46,784 nt of DNA from a virus (Duplodnaviria > Caudoviricetes): IMG/VR virus record IMGVR_UViG_3300012231_000016, positions 1-46,784 of that record; one strand, given 5' to 3'. Made by a program: the position numbers and the translations under genes. The notes under the pieces were generated by a model. It ran no database searches. It was not told the origin of the DNA and was given only the letters and a program-made list of their open reading frames with translations. This document shows positions 17,885 through 26,285 of this stretch, piece by piece; positions within the stretch are counted from its first letter, which is position 1, and each line of letters starts with the position of its first letter.

Positions 17885-20523
17885 TGAATTCGGGCGGCTC
17901 CCCTGAGCTGCTGACGGAGGAAGTACTCGCTGAGCTCATCGCACAGGAGGACAACCTTCCGCTCTTCGAAAAGCTAGGGGACCGCCCGAACTGGTTGCAG
18001 CTGAACAAGCTGACGGTCTCTCAAGCACGGCCCACCCGAACGGGTGAGCTGACGCTGCGTCTTGGGACGAAGCACCCGAAGGACTACTGGTTTCCGGTAG
18101 ACCCCTACGCGTACACCAAGTTCCTCGACCTCGCGAAGACTCGGAATCGTGGCGCCGCTCTGCGATATCTGCAGCAGTACATCCGTCAGCGCAAGGGCTA
18201 CCGCGGCAACTGGCCCGACTCGCAGTATTTCAACGCGTTCCACATGCGTCCTGGGGATCCGAAGACGAATCCGCTCCGAACCGTTCGCGGCAATGCTGTC
18301 GCGGGTGGTTGGCCAGCGAAGGCGACTGATCGGGTCCAGCGTTACCTGCAGAACCTCAAGGCTCTGCAGGCGAAGAACCGTGAGGCCTTCCTTGCGCGTC
18401 AGCGTGGTGAGGCGACAGCTCCGACGCTGCCGCAGCAGCCTGGATCGACTCCAGGTGGACCCATGCTCGTGCGTAAGGGTGGCATGCCACGGAGCTCCAT
18501 CCTGCACAAGCCTGATCCGCAGCAGGCCGTGCAGCCAGGAATGCAGCCCGGGGCGCGACCGGGTCAGGTCACTCCACCCGCGGCGGATTCTTCTCGGACG
18601 GCGAATACCTCGGCACTGAAGCAGCTCATGCAACGAGCGGCGGAAGACGAGGAGACGCCCAAGAAGCCCAACACCAAGGTGCCGAACAAGGCACTCAAGA
18701 AGGAATCCACGATGGCTGATGCTCCGATGGTTCAGCCGGTTCTGCTCGGAAATCTGATCGGGCTCACCGGCCTCAGCGTCGACCAGTGCTTCGAAGCGGT
18801 CGCGATGTTTCAGTCGGGCAAGACGATCGACGCGGTCGCCTCGGCTCTCAACATCCTCCCGAGTCACGCTGAGCAGCTGCAGATGTACATGCAGTACTAC
18901 GGCTCGGACATTCCGAAGAACGACTCGAAGACGGAAGGAGGTCACGGCGAAGACCGGCGGCCCTTTCGCGAAGGAGCCTCCAAGCCAGACAAGGAGTGCT
19001 CATCGGGGACCTGCGAAGGGCCGATGAAGTATCAGGCCGACCTGAAGCACTTCACGCACGGCAAGCAGCCGGGCTGGCGGTGCGTCACGTGCGGCGACAT
19101 CGATCCAGACACCGACAGTGATGAGTGGAAGAACTCGGACAAGAAGAAGTCCGAGGCCACGACGGTCGCTGAGAAGTTCCAGGACAAGACGCATCCAGTC
19201 TGGAGGTCGAAGACCTACGCGGACTACGTCAAGAGCAAGAAGCCGAAGTCCACGAGCCGTTCGTGCCCGAAGTGTGGAAATGAGTCGGGTGGGTCCTCGC
19301 GCAATGCGTGGGAGCCAACGAGCGGTACGTGTGGCAAGTGTGGTCACAAGGCTGAGTCCGTGCCGTTCAGTCCTCGATATGCAGCCTACAATGCCAACCG
19401 CTGCAAGGCGTGCGGCACGAAGATGCAGTCGAAGGACTACAAGCACGACGACGGCACGCGCCAGTCGGGCAAGTTCTCCGGTCAGTACTGCCCCAAGTGC
19501 AAGAAGATGAACGCAGGGCCACCGAAGAACGAGGCCTTTCCTTCCTGCAAGTACTGCGGCAAGAGCGGAGCGGGCGTCCAGTTCCAGATCTTCAATCCGC
19601 GCTTCAAGCCGTTCGGGACTGCTTGCACCGACTGCGAGAAGAGTCTGCCGACGGACACGCCGAATCGCGGCGAGGAAAAGCCGAAGGCGAAGAAGCGCTT
19701 CCCTGCGAACTTCCCTCGTGTGAAGTCCGAGGCCATCAATCCGAAGTGCCCGTCTGGCAGCGGCTGCAAGTCGATGATGCAGTACGAGCCAGATCTCGGG
19801 CGTCATCATCCAGCACGCTCTGCAATTCGTGGTACTGGTAAGTACCTGCCAAAGGGCGCACGTGCTCCTGCGTCACCTGGATGGAAGTGCCAAGACTGCG
19901 GCACCGAAATTCATGATCGTCGCCCTGCCTCCCGCTTGAAGGATCGTCGTCGCCTCGCTGCAGATCATGAAGGCGAGGAGTGGAAGGGCGAGTCCACCAA
20001 GAAGCCGTGCAGCAAGTGCGGCAAGGATACGGACTGGCCCGACGATGCAGGTCGTCACCTCTGCCCATCGTGTCAGGCTGACTTCCAGGGCAAGGCTCTC
20101 GGCGCGATGGCGAAGGCCGGGATGAAGATGAAGTTCGTCGTGGGCAAGAAGTCCGAGTCGACTGATGACCTCGACGACGAGGATGCGGGCCGCAGCTGCT
20201 CTGCGTGCGGCGGCCAGCTCGGCAAGCTCGGTGATTTGGGTACCCGTCGTCACTATCGCTGCCGCAACTGCGGAGCTCAGTTCTCGCGCTCGACCGCACC
20301 GCAGCAACCGCAAGCGGCACAGCCACAGCGGAGCGCAACGAGTCCACGTGAAGCTGCCGCCGCTAACTCGCAAGCGACCGATACGCGATCGGAGGCGAAG
20401 CGGACCCAGCCAGACAACTGGTGTCTGGGGTGCAAGCGAAAGAAGCTCCTGACCTCCGCTCCTGGGTACTGCAGCCATTGCCGACGCGAAGGCAAGGACA
20501 AGCAGAAGGATGGCAAGCCATGA
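17884..20523 (+). CDS. modular polyprotein: KTSC-like N-terminal region and eight Zn-ribbon modules
   Basis: YWFPVDPYAYTKFL...NRGAALRYLQQYIR resembles KTSC; eight paired Cys-motif modules in the C-terminal ~500 aa; lies directly upstream of the prohead protease. Confidence 0.65.
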   Translation: MNSGGSPELLTEEVLAELIAQEDNLPLFEKLGDRPNWLQLNKLTVSQARPTRTGELTLRLGTKHPKDYWFPVDPYAYTKFLDLAKTRNRGAALRYLQQYIRQRKGYRGNWPDSQYFNAFHMRPGDPKTNPLRTVRGNAVAGGWPAKATDRVQRYLQNLKALQAKNREAFLARQRGEATAPTLPQQPGSTPGGPMLVRKGGMPRSSILHKPDPQQAVQPGMQPGARPGQVTPPAADSSRTANTSALKQLMQRAAEDEETPKKPNTKVPNKALKKESTMADAPMVQPVLLGNLIGLTGLSVDQCFEAVAMFQSGKTIDAVASALNILPSHAEQLQMYMQYYGSDIPKNDSKTEGGHGEDRRPFREGASKPDKECSSGTCEGPMKYQADLKHFTHGKQPGWRCVTCGDIDPDTDSDEWKNSDKKKSEATTVAEKFQDKTHPVWRSKTYADYVKSKKPKSTSRSCPKCGNESGGSSRNAWEPTSGTCGKCGHKAESVPFSPRYAAYNANRCKACGTKMQSKDYKHDDGTRQSGKFSGQYCPKCKKMNAGPPKNEAFPSCKYCGKSGAGVQFQIFNPRFKPFGTACTDCEKSLPTDTPNRGEEKPKAKKRFPANFPRVKSEAINPKCPSGSGCKSMMQYEPDLGRHHPARSAIRGTGKYLPKGARAPASPGWKCQDCGTEIHDRRPASRLKDRRRLAADHEGEEWKGESTKKPCSKCGKDTDWPDDAGRHLCPSCQADFQGKALGAMAKAGMKMKFVVGKKSESTDDLDDEDAGRSCSACGGQLGKLGDLGTRRHYRCRNCGAQFSRSTAPQQPQAAQPQRSATSPREAAAANSQATDTRSEAKRTQPDNWCLGCKRKKLLTSAPGYCSHCRREGKDKQKDGKP

Positions 20524-22235
20524 CGGCGACCGCTCAGCTGAAGCTGCTCATCGAGCGAATGGATCCCATCCTCTTCGAGGTGGTTCAGGACTCTGACGGA
20601 GTGATGCGCATCCGCGGCCGCTTCCAGATCTGCGAAGTGGTCAACGGGAACAAGCGCAAGTACCCACGCATGTTGTGGGAGAAGGTCGTCAACGATCCGG
20701 ACGTGCAGCAGTCCATTGCCGCACGAATGGTCAAGGGTGAGTGTGAGCATCCAGCCGACGGAAATACTCACCTGATGCGCGTCAGCCATGTCATCACCGG
20801 ACTCAAGATGAATGGTGATGAGGTGGTTGGCGAGGCTGAGTTGCTCGATACGCCATCGGGGAAGGTCTTGCAGGAACTCTTCCGCAAGAAGATCCCGGTG
20901 GGCATTTCGTCTCGTGGTCGCGGCTCCTCCGTCTACCGAGACGGCGTCGAGATCGTCGAGGCGGATACGTACCGCTGGGAGACGTTCGATTTCGTCAATT
21001 CCCCGAGCGCGCCCGGTGCATACCCAGGACTCGCCGAGTCTCTGAAGCAATGCATCCCCGGCCCGTATCGCACGGAGTCTTCGATGGCAGACAAGAAGAA
21101 CGAGATCTTGAAGCTGCAGGTCGCTGCGCACGAGATCTTGGAGAACCTTCAGAAGGCCGACCTTCCGACCCTCGACAAGAACGCCAGCGATCTGGTGGCT
21201 GCAGAAGCCAACATCCAGACTCTGGCGAATCAGCAGCCGGACCTCAAGGAGGTGGCACTGACTGCCCTCGATGTCGTCCAGCGTGCGCGTGGCGCAGTCC
21301 TCGAAGCGCGCCTGAAGAAGTACCAGGAGTCGTCGAAGACCTTCGACCAGCGCGTCGCGATGGCGACGACGGTGACGACTGGGACGACGGGTTCTCCATC
21401 CGTCGTCGACAACAAGATCAACATGTCCGGCAGTTCTGACATCGTGGGGCTTCTTGCCGAAGCTGCGCGGCGTGAGAACTTCTGGCGTGAGATGGCCGAG
21501 CAGCACATGGCCGCCCCGGATTCGGTTCCGGCGGTGACCTACAACGCGGCTCGTGCAATGTGCGAGGCTCTCGTGAACGAGAGCAAGGTCGCAGCAGAGG
21601 CGATTGCCGACCTGCAGACGAAGTGCGAATCCGTTCAGGAGGCTCGGCGCCGGGAGGCAACGGTCCTCGAACAGATCATCGTCCAGAACGACAAGGCGAA
21701 GCTGCTGCGTCGGCTTGGCGAGGCCTTCGCGGCCAACCCCAAGCTCAAGCGTTTCGAGTCGAAGCTGAAGGAGGCCAAGAGCATGGTCGAGCTGACGAGT
21801 CAGATCGACCTGATCAATCAGGCACTCACCGGCGACGATGAGAAGAAGGCCGAGACTGCGCCCGCCTCGGCGGATGCGGCGAAGCCAACCACTCCCGGGA
21901 AGTCCACTACTCCAGCCCTGGTCTGCTCCAAGTGTGGCCAGAAGACGGAGTCTGCGAAGAAGATGGCCCCCTGCCCGAAGTGCAAGCAGGGACGCCTCGT
22001 GTCTGAGACGGCAGCTTCGGCTGTCGCGAAGCTCACGACGGAATCGAAGGACAAGGCGCCTGCTGAAGGTGAGCCTGCCTTCGAGTCGGACCTCCCAGCC
22101 ACGGGTGGGGCCGGTCCAGTCTCCGATGCGGCCAAGGACATCACGGAGGGTTCGCCCTCCGAGGCTCCTGTTCGCCGCTCGACGCCCCTCATGGAAGGGC
22201 TGCGTCGCACTCTCGCTCGTCGCGGCATGAAGTAA
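20520..22235 (+). CDS. prohead protease (T4 gp21-like) fused to coiled-coil scaffold region
   Basis: NGNKRKYP, GECEHP, RVSHVIT, LDTPSGKVL and VGISSRGRGS are gp21 motifs; helical C-terminal part; directly upstream of MCP. Confidence 0.9.
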   Translation: MTATAQLKLLIERMDPILFEVVQDSDGVMRIRGRFQICEVVNGNKRKYPRMLWEKVVNDPDVQQSIAARMVKGECEHPADGNTHLMRVSHVITGLKMNGDEVVGEAELLDTPSGKVLQELFRKKIPVGISSRGRGSSVYRDGVEIVEADTYRWETFDFVNSPSAPGAYPGLAESLKQCIPGPYRTESSMADKKNEILKLQVAAHEILENLQKADLPTLDKNASDLVAAEANIQTLANQQPDLKEVALTALDVVQRARGAVLEARLKKYQESSKTFDQRVAMATTVTTGTTGSPSVVDNKINMSGSSDIVGLLAEAARRENFWREMAEQHMAAPDSVPAVTYNAARAMCEALVNESKVAAEAIADLQTKCESVQEARRREATVLEQIIVQNDKAKLLRRLGEAFAANPKLKRFESKLKEAKSMVELTSQIDLINQALTGDDEKKAETAPASADAAKPTTPGKSTTPALVCSKCGQKTESAKKMAPCPKCKQGRLVSETAASAVAKLTTESKDKAPAEGEPAFESDLPATGGAGPVSDAAKDITEGSPSEAPVRRSTPLMEGLRRTLARRGMK

Positions 22236-22264
22236 GCCGCAACTACACACTGGAGTCATGACAT

Positions 22265-24316
22265 ATGGGCGCTGCTGTACTGACCGAAGAGAAGGTCAAG
22301 CGCGGCCGGGATCAGCTGATGAGCATCGGTGAGCGACTGGCCGACAACTGGCCAGAGCTGACCGAAGGACTCGACGGCGTCGACAAGTCCTACATGGGCT
22401 TGCTCCTGCAGAACCAGGAAGACCACCTCCGGACCGTTCGTCCGCAGGTGACCTTCCGGGATAAGTCGCTGCAGGAAACCACCAAGATCCTCAACATTGG
22501 TGGCTTCGACAAGTTCGCTTCGTAATCGGGAAGGCGAACTAGGTACACAGACCGGATGTCTGTCCATGTTCCCGATCATCCGGGCGGTGTACCCGAATCT
22601 TGTACACAAAACGGGATTCGTAAAATCTGGTGAACTGCTGGAACCCCCTAAAGCTCCACCCCAACAGCGTGGCTGGTAACGGCGAGCGCGACTGGTTGAA
22701 AAGCGTGGAGATGGTACAATGGGAAATCAGCATCCAAGCTCCCGGGCGACCGGGTGAAGGTTCAACGACTACCAGGAGTAACCTGTGGATTGGAAGACCG
22801 CTATTCGTCGAGGCCACCAGCGAGCGTTCGCTGCGCGGTTGCGGCGGGATCGTGCGGTCGATGGCAAGAAGTACAGTCACTTGTACAACGTGCTCGGGAT
22901 GACTACGGCACAAATCGCAGCCAGAGAGGGCTGTACCCCGGAGAACATCCAGCGGAAGTTAGGTTGGCGAGTATTGCGCATCTCAAATGAGCAAGTGACA
23001 AGTGACATCCAATCCGTGATTCGAAGAATTCGATCAGCACTCAGGTGAAACTGGCACGAGCTCCAGACACTACGTACACGTAGTGATGATATAGTCTGTT
23101 CTGCAGGGAAACCTGCAGCAGTCTCGGATAAAGAGCCGAGACGTTAACAACAAGCGTGGCCAACGAGATCTGCTCGGTTCAGCCGATGCAGGGTCCGTCG
23201 TCGATGGTGTTCTACCTCGACTACCTCGTCGGCACGACGAAGGGTTCGACTGCGACCGGCACCGCGTACTTCGATGCGCGCACCGGTCCGATCAACGACG
23301 AGTTCTACCCCTCGGGCACCGTTCCGTCTGAGAACCCAACCAGCACCATCGGCACGATCAACGTCGCGAAGGCGATCGGGGTCGCGCACACGCCGCTGCG
23401 TCCTGGTTCGATCTCGGGCACCATTCTCGAAGAGACGCCGGGTTCCACGACGTTCTACGATGATGGCAACGGCACCCTGATCCTGTCGGCGACGACCTAC
23501 GTCGCGACGGGTACGGTCGTCTATGGCACGGGCATCTTCACGTTCACGCCTGCGTCCGGCAAGACGATCTCGGCCAACGGTCTCACGGTGTCGTACGACT
23601 ACGACACGGAGGCCAACGATGACGTTCCCGCGATCGACCTGCAGCTCACGGCTGCGACGATCCAGGCGGAGGTTCGCAAGCTCCGTGCTCGGTGGTCGAT
23701 GGAAGCGGCGCAGAACCTGGAGAAGCTCCACGGCATCAACGCGGAGTCGGAGCTGGTCGGCGTGCTCGCCGAGGTCATCAAGGCCTCGATCGACCGTCGC
23801 ATCGTAAACGACATCTACGCGTTCGCCAACGCGGGCTCCGTCCAGTGGGACAAGGCTGCTCCGGCTGGTGTTCCGTACGCGGAGCACAAGCTCACTCTGA
23901 TCGACGCACTCATCCAGAACTCGACGCAGGTCTACCGCGCGACGAAGCGCGCCAAGACGAACTGGGTGCTCTGCGGCACGGACATCTGCAACGTCATCGA
24001 ATCGCTGCCGATGTTCAAGGCGGATGCGGACGGTCTCCGTGCGAGCTCGGCAACGGGCGCGCGCAAGATCGGCATGCTGCAGAACCGCTGGGTCATCATC
24101 GAGGATCCGTTCTTCCCGTCCGATCGGTGGCTGACCGGCTACCGCGGTGAGAGCTTCCTCGACAGCGGGTATGTGTACGCGCCGTACATTCCGCTGGTCA
24201 CCACGCAGACGATCTACCTCGACGACTTCATGGGCCGCAAGGGTGCCATGACGCAGTTCGGTGTGAAGAGCACGAACTCGAACATGTTCGCGACGGGGCA
24301 GATCCTGAACGTGTGA
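22265..24316 (+). CDS. major capsid protein (T4 gp23-like), split into three exons: 22265-22519, 22569-22600, 23155-24316 (482 aa after splicing)
   Basis: Joined exons total 1449 nt and read ...LLLQNQ...GGFDKFA|FPIIRAVYPNL|VANEICSVQPMQGPSSMVFYLD...RKLRARWSMEAAQNL..HGINAESEL...GYVYAPYIPL, all gp23-family motifs. Confidence 0.92.
22520..22568 (+). other. 49-nt core-less group-I-like mini-intron in the MCP gene
   Basis: Preceded by U and ends in G; internal guide 22525-22540 pairs with the ligated exon junction over 16 nt with a single G.U at the 5' splice site; contains an in-frame stop and shifts frame; removal restores the conserved MCP motif. Confidence 0.8.
22601..23154 (+). ncRNA. group I self-splicing intron (IA-like, ORF in P7.1 loop)
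   Basis: P1 CGAATCU/GGATTCG with U.G; P element AACTGCTGGAA; Q element AATCAGCATCCAAG; R element GTTCAACGACTA; P3 TCTGG/CCAGA; P8 CACTACG/CGTAGTG; S element GATATAGTC; P9 CTGCAGG-GAAA-CCTGCAG; second hairpin GTCTCGG/CCGAGAC; terminal G23154; splicing gives a CT|C Leu codon. Confidence 0.93.
22785..23048 (+). CDS. intron-encoded 87-aa protein: HTH plus DUF559/Vsr-like endonuclease C-terminal remnant
   Basis: AGGAG RBS and GTG; LYNVLGMTTAQIAAREGCTPENIQRKL (HTH-like); RDR...LGWRVLRISNEQV..DI..VI..I (DUF559 tail); no catalytic DF..EVDG segment. Confidence 0.6.
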   Translation: MDWKTAIRRGHQRAFAARLRRDRAVDGKKYSHLYNVLGMTTAQIAAREGCTPENIQRKLGWRVLRISNEQVTSDIQSVIRRIRSALR

Positions 24317-24398
24317 CGATCTGTCAGGTCTCTTTCCGCACACATCTTGACCTCCCGTGGCTGCTGCCTACCCTGGTGGTGGTCGCGGGAGGGTCATC

Positions 24399-25223
24399 GT
24401 GCTCAGGTGCTTGTTCTGTAAGTCCAAGCCGATCCGCGCCAGCGCCAACTTCTTCTGCGGGCATTCCTGTGCTCGCTCTTGGAAGATCGCCAACCCGAAG
24501 CGCGCTGGTCCGTTTGTGCGTGGTCTCTGTCGAGAGTGCGGCCGCGCGTGGAAGGCGAAGTACCGCAAGGAATTCTGTGGACGTAGCTGCGCGGCGCTTA
24601 ACTGGCGTCGTGCTGCGCGTGAGGCAGTTCCAGTGAAGCGTTGCATCCGCTGCCGCGCCAAACTGCGCTACGACACTTCGCACAAGCTCAAGTTCTGCTC
24701 TCTCACGTGCGCGACGAGATGGCAGTGGGATCGCGGAGACAAAAAGAAGTGGCGTACCCATAAGCCACTCTGCCTTAGCTGCAAGAAGCGCCGTGGTAGT
24801 CACAGCGGGGCGAGGTTCTGCTCGCACGCTTGTGCTGGTACGTATCACACGACCAGTCTGCTTCGTCCCGCGGTCGCCTCGAAGTGCCGATTCCTCGGCA
24901 TCCAGATGCGCTCGGCGTACGAGGTGGCTCTTGCGCGGCAGCTGCGAAAGGCCAGGATCAAGTTCACGTACGAGTCGAAGACGTTCCGCGGCAGGGTTGG
25001 CAGCCGTTCGTGGAACTACACACCAGACTTCTATCTCCCTGAGTACGATCGGTACTTGGAGGTGAAGTCGTGGTACACGTGGAAGATCGGCAGGTCTAGA
25101 CTGGTACCCATCTTGCACCGCATTCGTGAGCGCGGCATCAAGATCCTGCTGGTTACTGGGTCAAAGATAGAGCGCATGCGGAAAGAGTCCGTCCTCGACG
25201 TTCTGCGGCTCAAGTCTGAGTAG
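24399..25223 (+). CDS. free-standing putative homing endonuclease: CxxC...FCxxxC repeats and a PD-(D/E)xK nuclease domain
   Basis: GGAGG RBS and GTG24399; four FC[GS]xxCA repeats; MRSAYE...FTYES..F....YTPDFYLPEYDRYLEVK. Confidence 0.8.
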   Translation: MLRCLFCKSKPIRASANFFCGHSCARSWKIANPKRAGPFVRGLCRECGRAWKAKYRKEFCGRSCAALNWRRAAREAVPVKRCIRCRAKLRYDTSHKLKFCSLTCATRWQWDRGDKKKWRTHKPLCLSCKKRRGSHSGARFCSHACAGTYHTTSLLRPAVASKCRFLGIQMRSAYEVALARQLRKARIKFTYESKTFRGRVGSRSWNYTPDFYLPEYDRYLEVKSWYTWKIGRSRLVPILHRIRERGIKILLVTGSKIERMRKESVLDVLRLKSE

Positions 25224-25255
25224 CACGTCGAGGTTTGGTCTGAGTGAGATCATCC

Positions 25256-25303
25256 GGCCCGGGTGGGTGGCGAGGAGTTCGCCCCATCCACCCGGGCCTT
25301 TTC
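25256..25303 (+). terminator. intrinsic terminator
   Basis: GGCCCGGGTGG...CCACCCGGGCC stem followed by TTTTC. Confidence 0.7.
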
Positions 25304-25359
25304 TTACCGAGTGCTAATGCCCGCGTGGCTCATGCACTTGGGAATGGAGCACGTTGTCC

Positions 25360-25848
25360 ATGTCCACGGAAAAGGTCCGTTCCACGACGAAGCAGCCTCT
25401 CTGGTTCAACCCACGGAAGTACCCATGCAACGTCCCGCACCCGAAGGGGTCGGTGACGGTCCCGCCTGGGCACTACGTGATCGGACGCTGCTTCGCTCAG
25501 TGTGCCCAGCCTCCGTATGGAACGAGCAACCGCTCGATCATCTTCGCAGGTGAGGGCTTCGAGGCGCCACGCAACAAGGTGCTCGATCCTCTCGGACTGC
25601 TCCGCCTGCCAGCGGATCGGGCTGAGGAGAAGATCGCCGAGACTTCGCGCGGTGCGCTGGAGATCTACGAGGGCCGCACGGAGGAGTCGTGGCGGACGTA
25701 CTTCGGCAAGGCGTCTGATGAGCAGATCATCGGCGACTACCAGGACGCGAAGAAGCTGAAGAAGATCGCCAAGTTCCTCGGTGTCCCGGTCAAGAAGGAA
25801 GCGACGATCGAGGATGTCGTCGCGCAGCTCAAGGCATGGGCCTCCTGA
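25360..25848 (+). CDS. hypothetical protein with C-terminal helix-extension-helix-like tail
   Basis: GGAG RBS; KKLKKIAKFLGVPVKKEATIEDVV. Confidence 0.55.
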   Translation: MSTEKVRSTTKQPLWFNPRKYPCNVPHPKGSVTVPPGHYVIGRCFAQCAQPPYGTSNRSIIFAGEGFEAPRNKVLDPLGLLRLPADRAEEKIAETSRGALEIYEGRTEESWRTYFGKASDEQIIGDYQDAKKLKKIAKFLGVPVKKEATIEDVVAQLKAWAS

Positions 25849-25850
25849 CC

Positions 25851-26282
25851 ATGGAGACCATTGATGCCACCGTGCGTGTTCTGCCAACGGCTCCTCTGCC
25901 TCCAAAGGCGGTGCGGCTGGAGGGCGCAGACAAGGCGCGGATCGAACGCGTCGCGATCGAGGCTCACTATCTCGACCGCGAGAACAAGCGTGTACTCGAA
26001 CGGGTGCAGGTTCTCAAGGAGGACCTCGCCACTCTTCAGATCGAGATGCAACGGAAGGGCCGGGCTCTCGATTCTGAGATCCGATCTCTCTCGGATCAGC
26101 AGGTTGTCGTGCAGACGCGCACGACGATGGCATTCCAGGCACTTGAGGACATGAAGTCGTCCATCCTCGGTGCAGCGGGTGTGCCGTCCTCGGACCATGC
26201 GAACTACGTCCCCGAGTTCGGACCGAACTTCACTGTGGTGCAGCTCAAGCTCAAGGAGGCTGCACCGGCCAAGGAGTCCTGA
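25851..26282 (+). CDS. hypothetical coiled-coil protein
   Basis: Heptad-rich; operon spacing. Confidence 0.55.
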   Translation: METIDATVRVLPTAPLPPKAVRLEGADKARIERVAIEAHYLDRENKRVLERVQVLKEDLATLQIEMQRKGRALDSEIRSLSDQQVVVQTRTTMAFQALEDMKSSILGAAGVPSSDHANYVPEFGPNFTVVQLKLKEAAPAKES

Positions 26283-26285
26283 TTC

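Noticed and set aside
22520-22568. Translational bypassing (T4 gene 60-like ~50-nt hop) as the explanation for the gap
   Set aside because: There is no identical take-off/landing codon pair (TCG before the stop; only TCC in the resume frame), and hopping would add Ser-Met to a conserved motif. The 16-nt guide with U.G wobble and terminal G fits splicing much better. Not formally excluded without RNA data.
22265-22600. MCP pseudogene or assembly error
   Set aside because: The insert is precisely complementary to the ligated exons and all three exons are intact, which random error or decay would not produce
23156-24316. GTG23156 as the true MCP start
   Set aside because: No RBS, and it would omit the conserved N-terminal gp23 motifs found in the upstream exons
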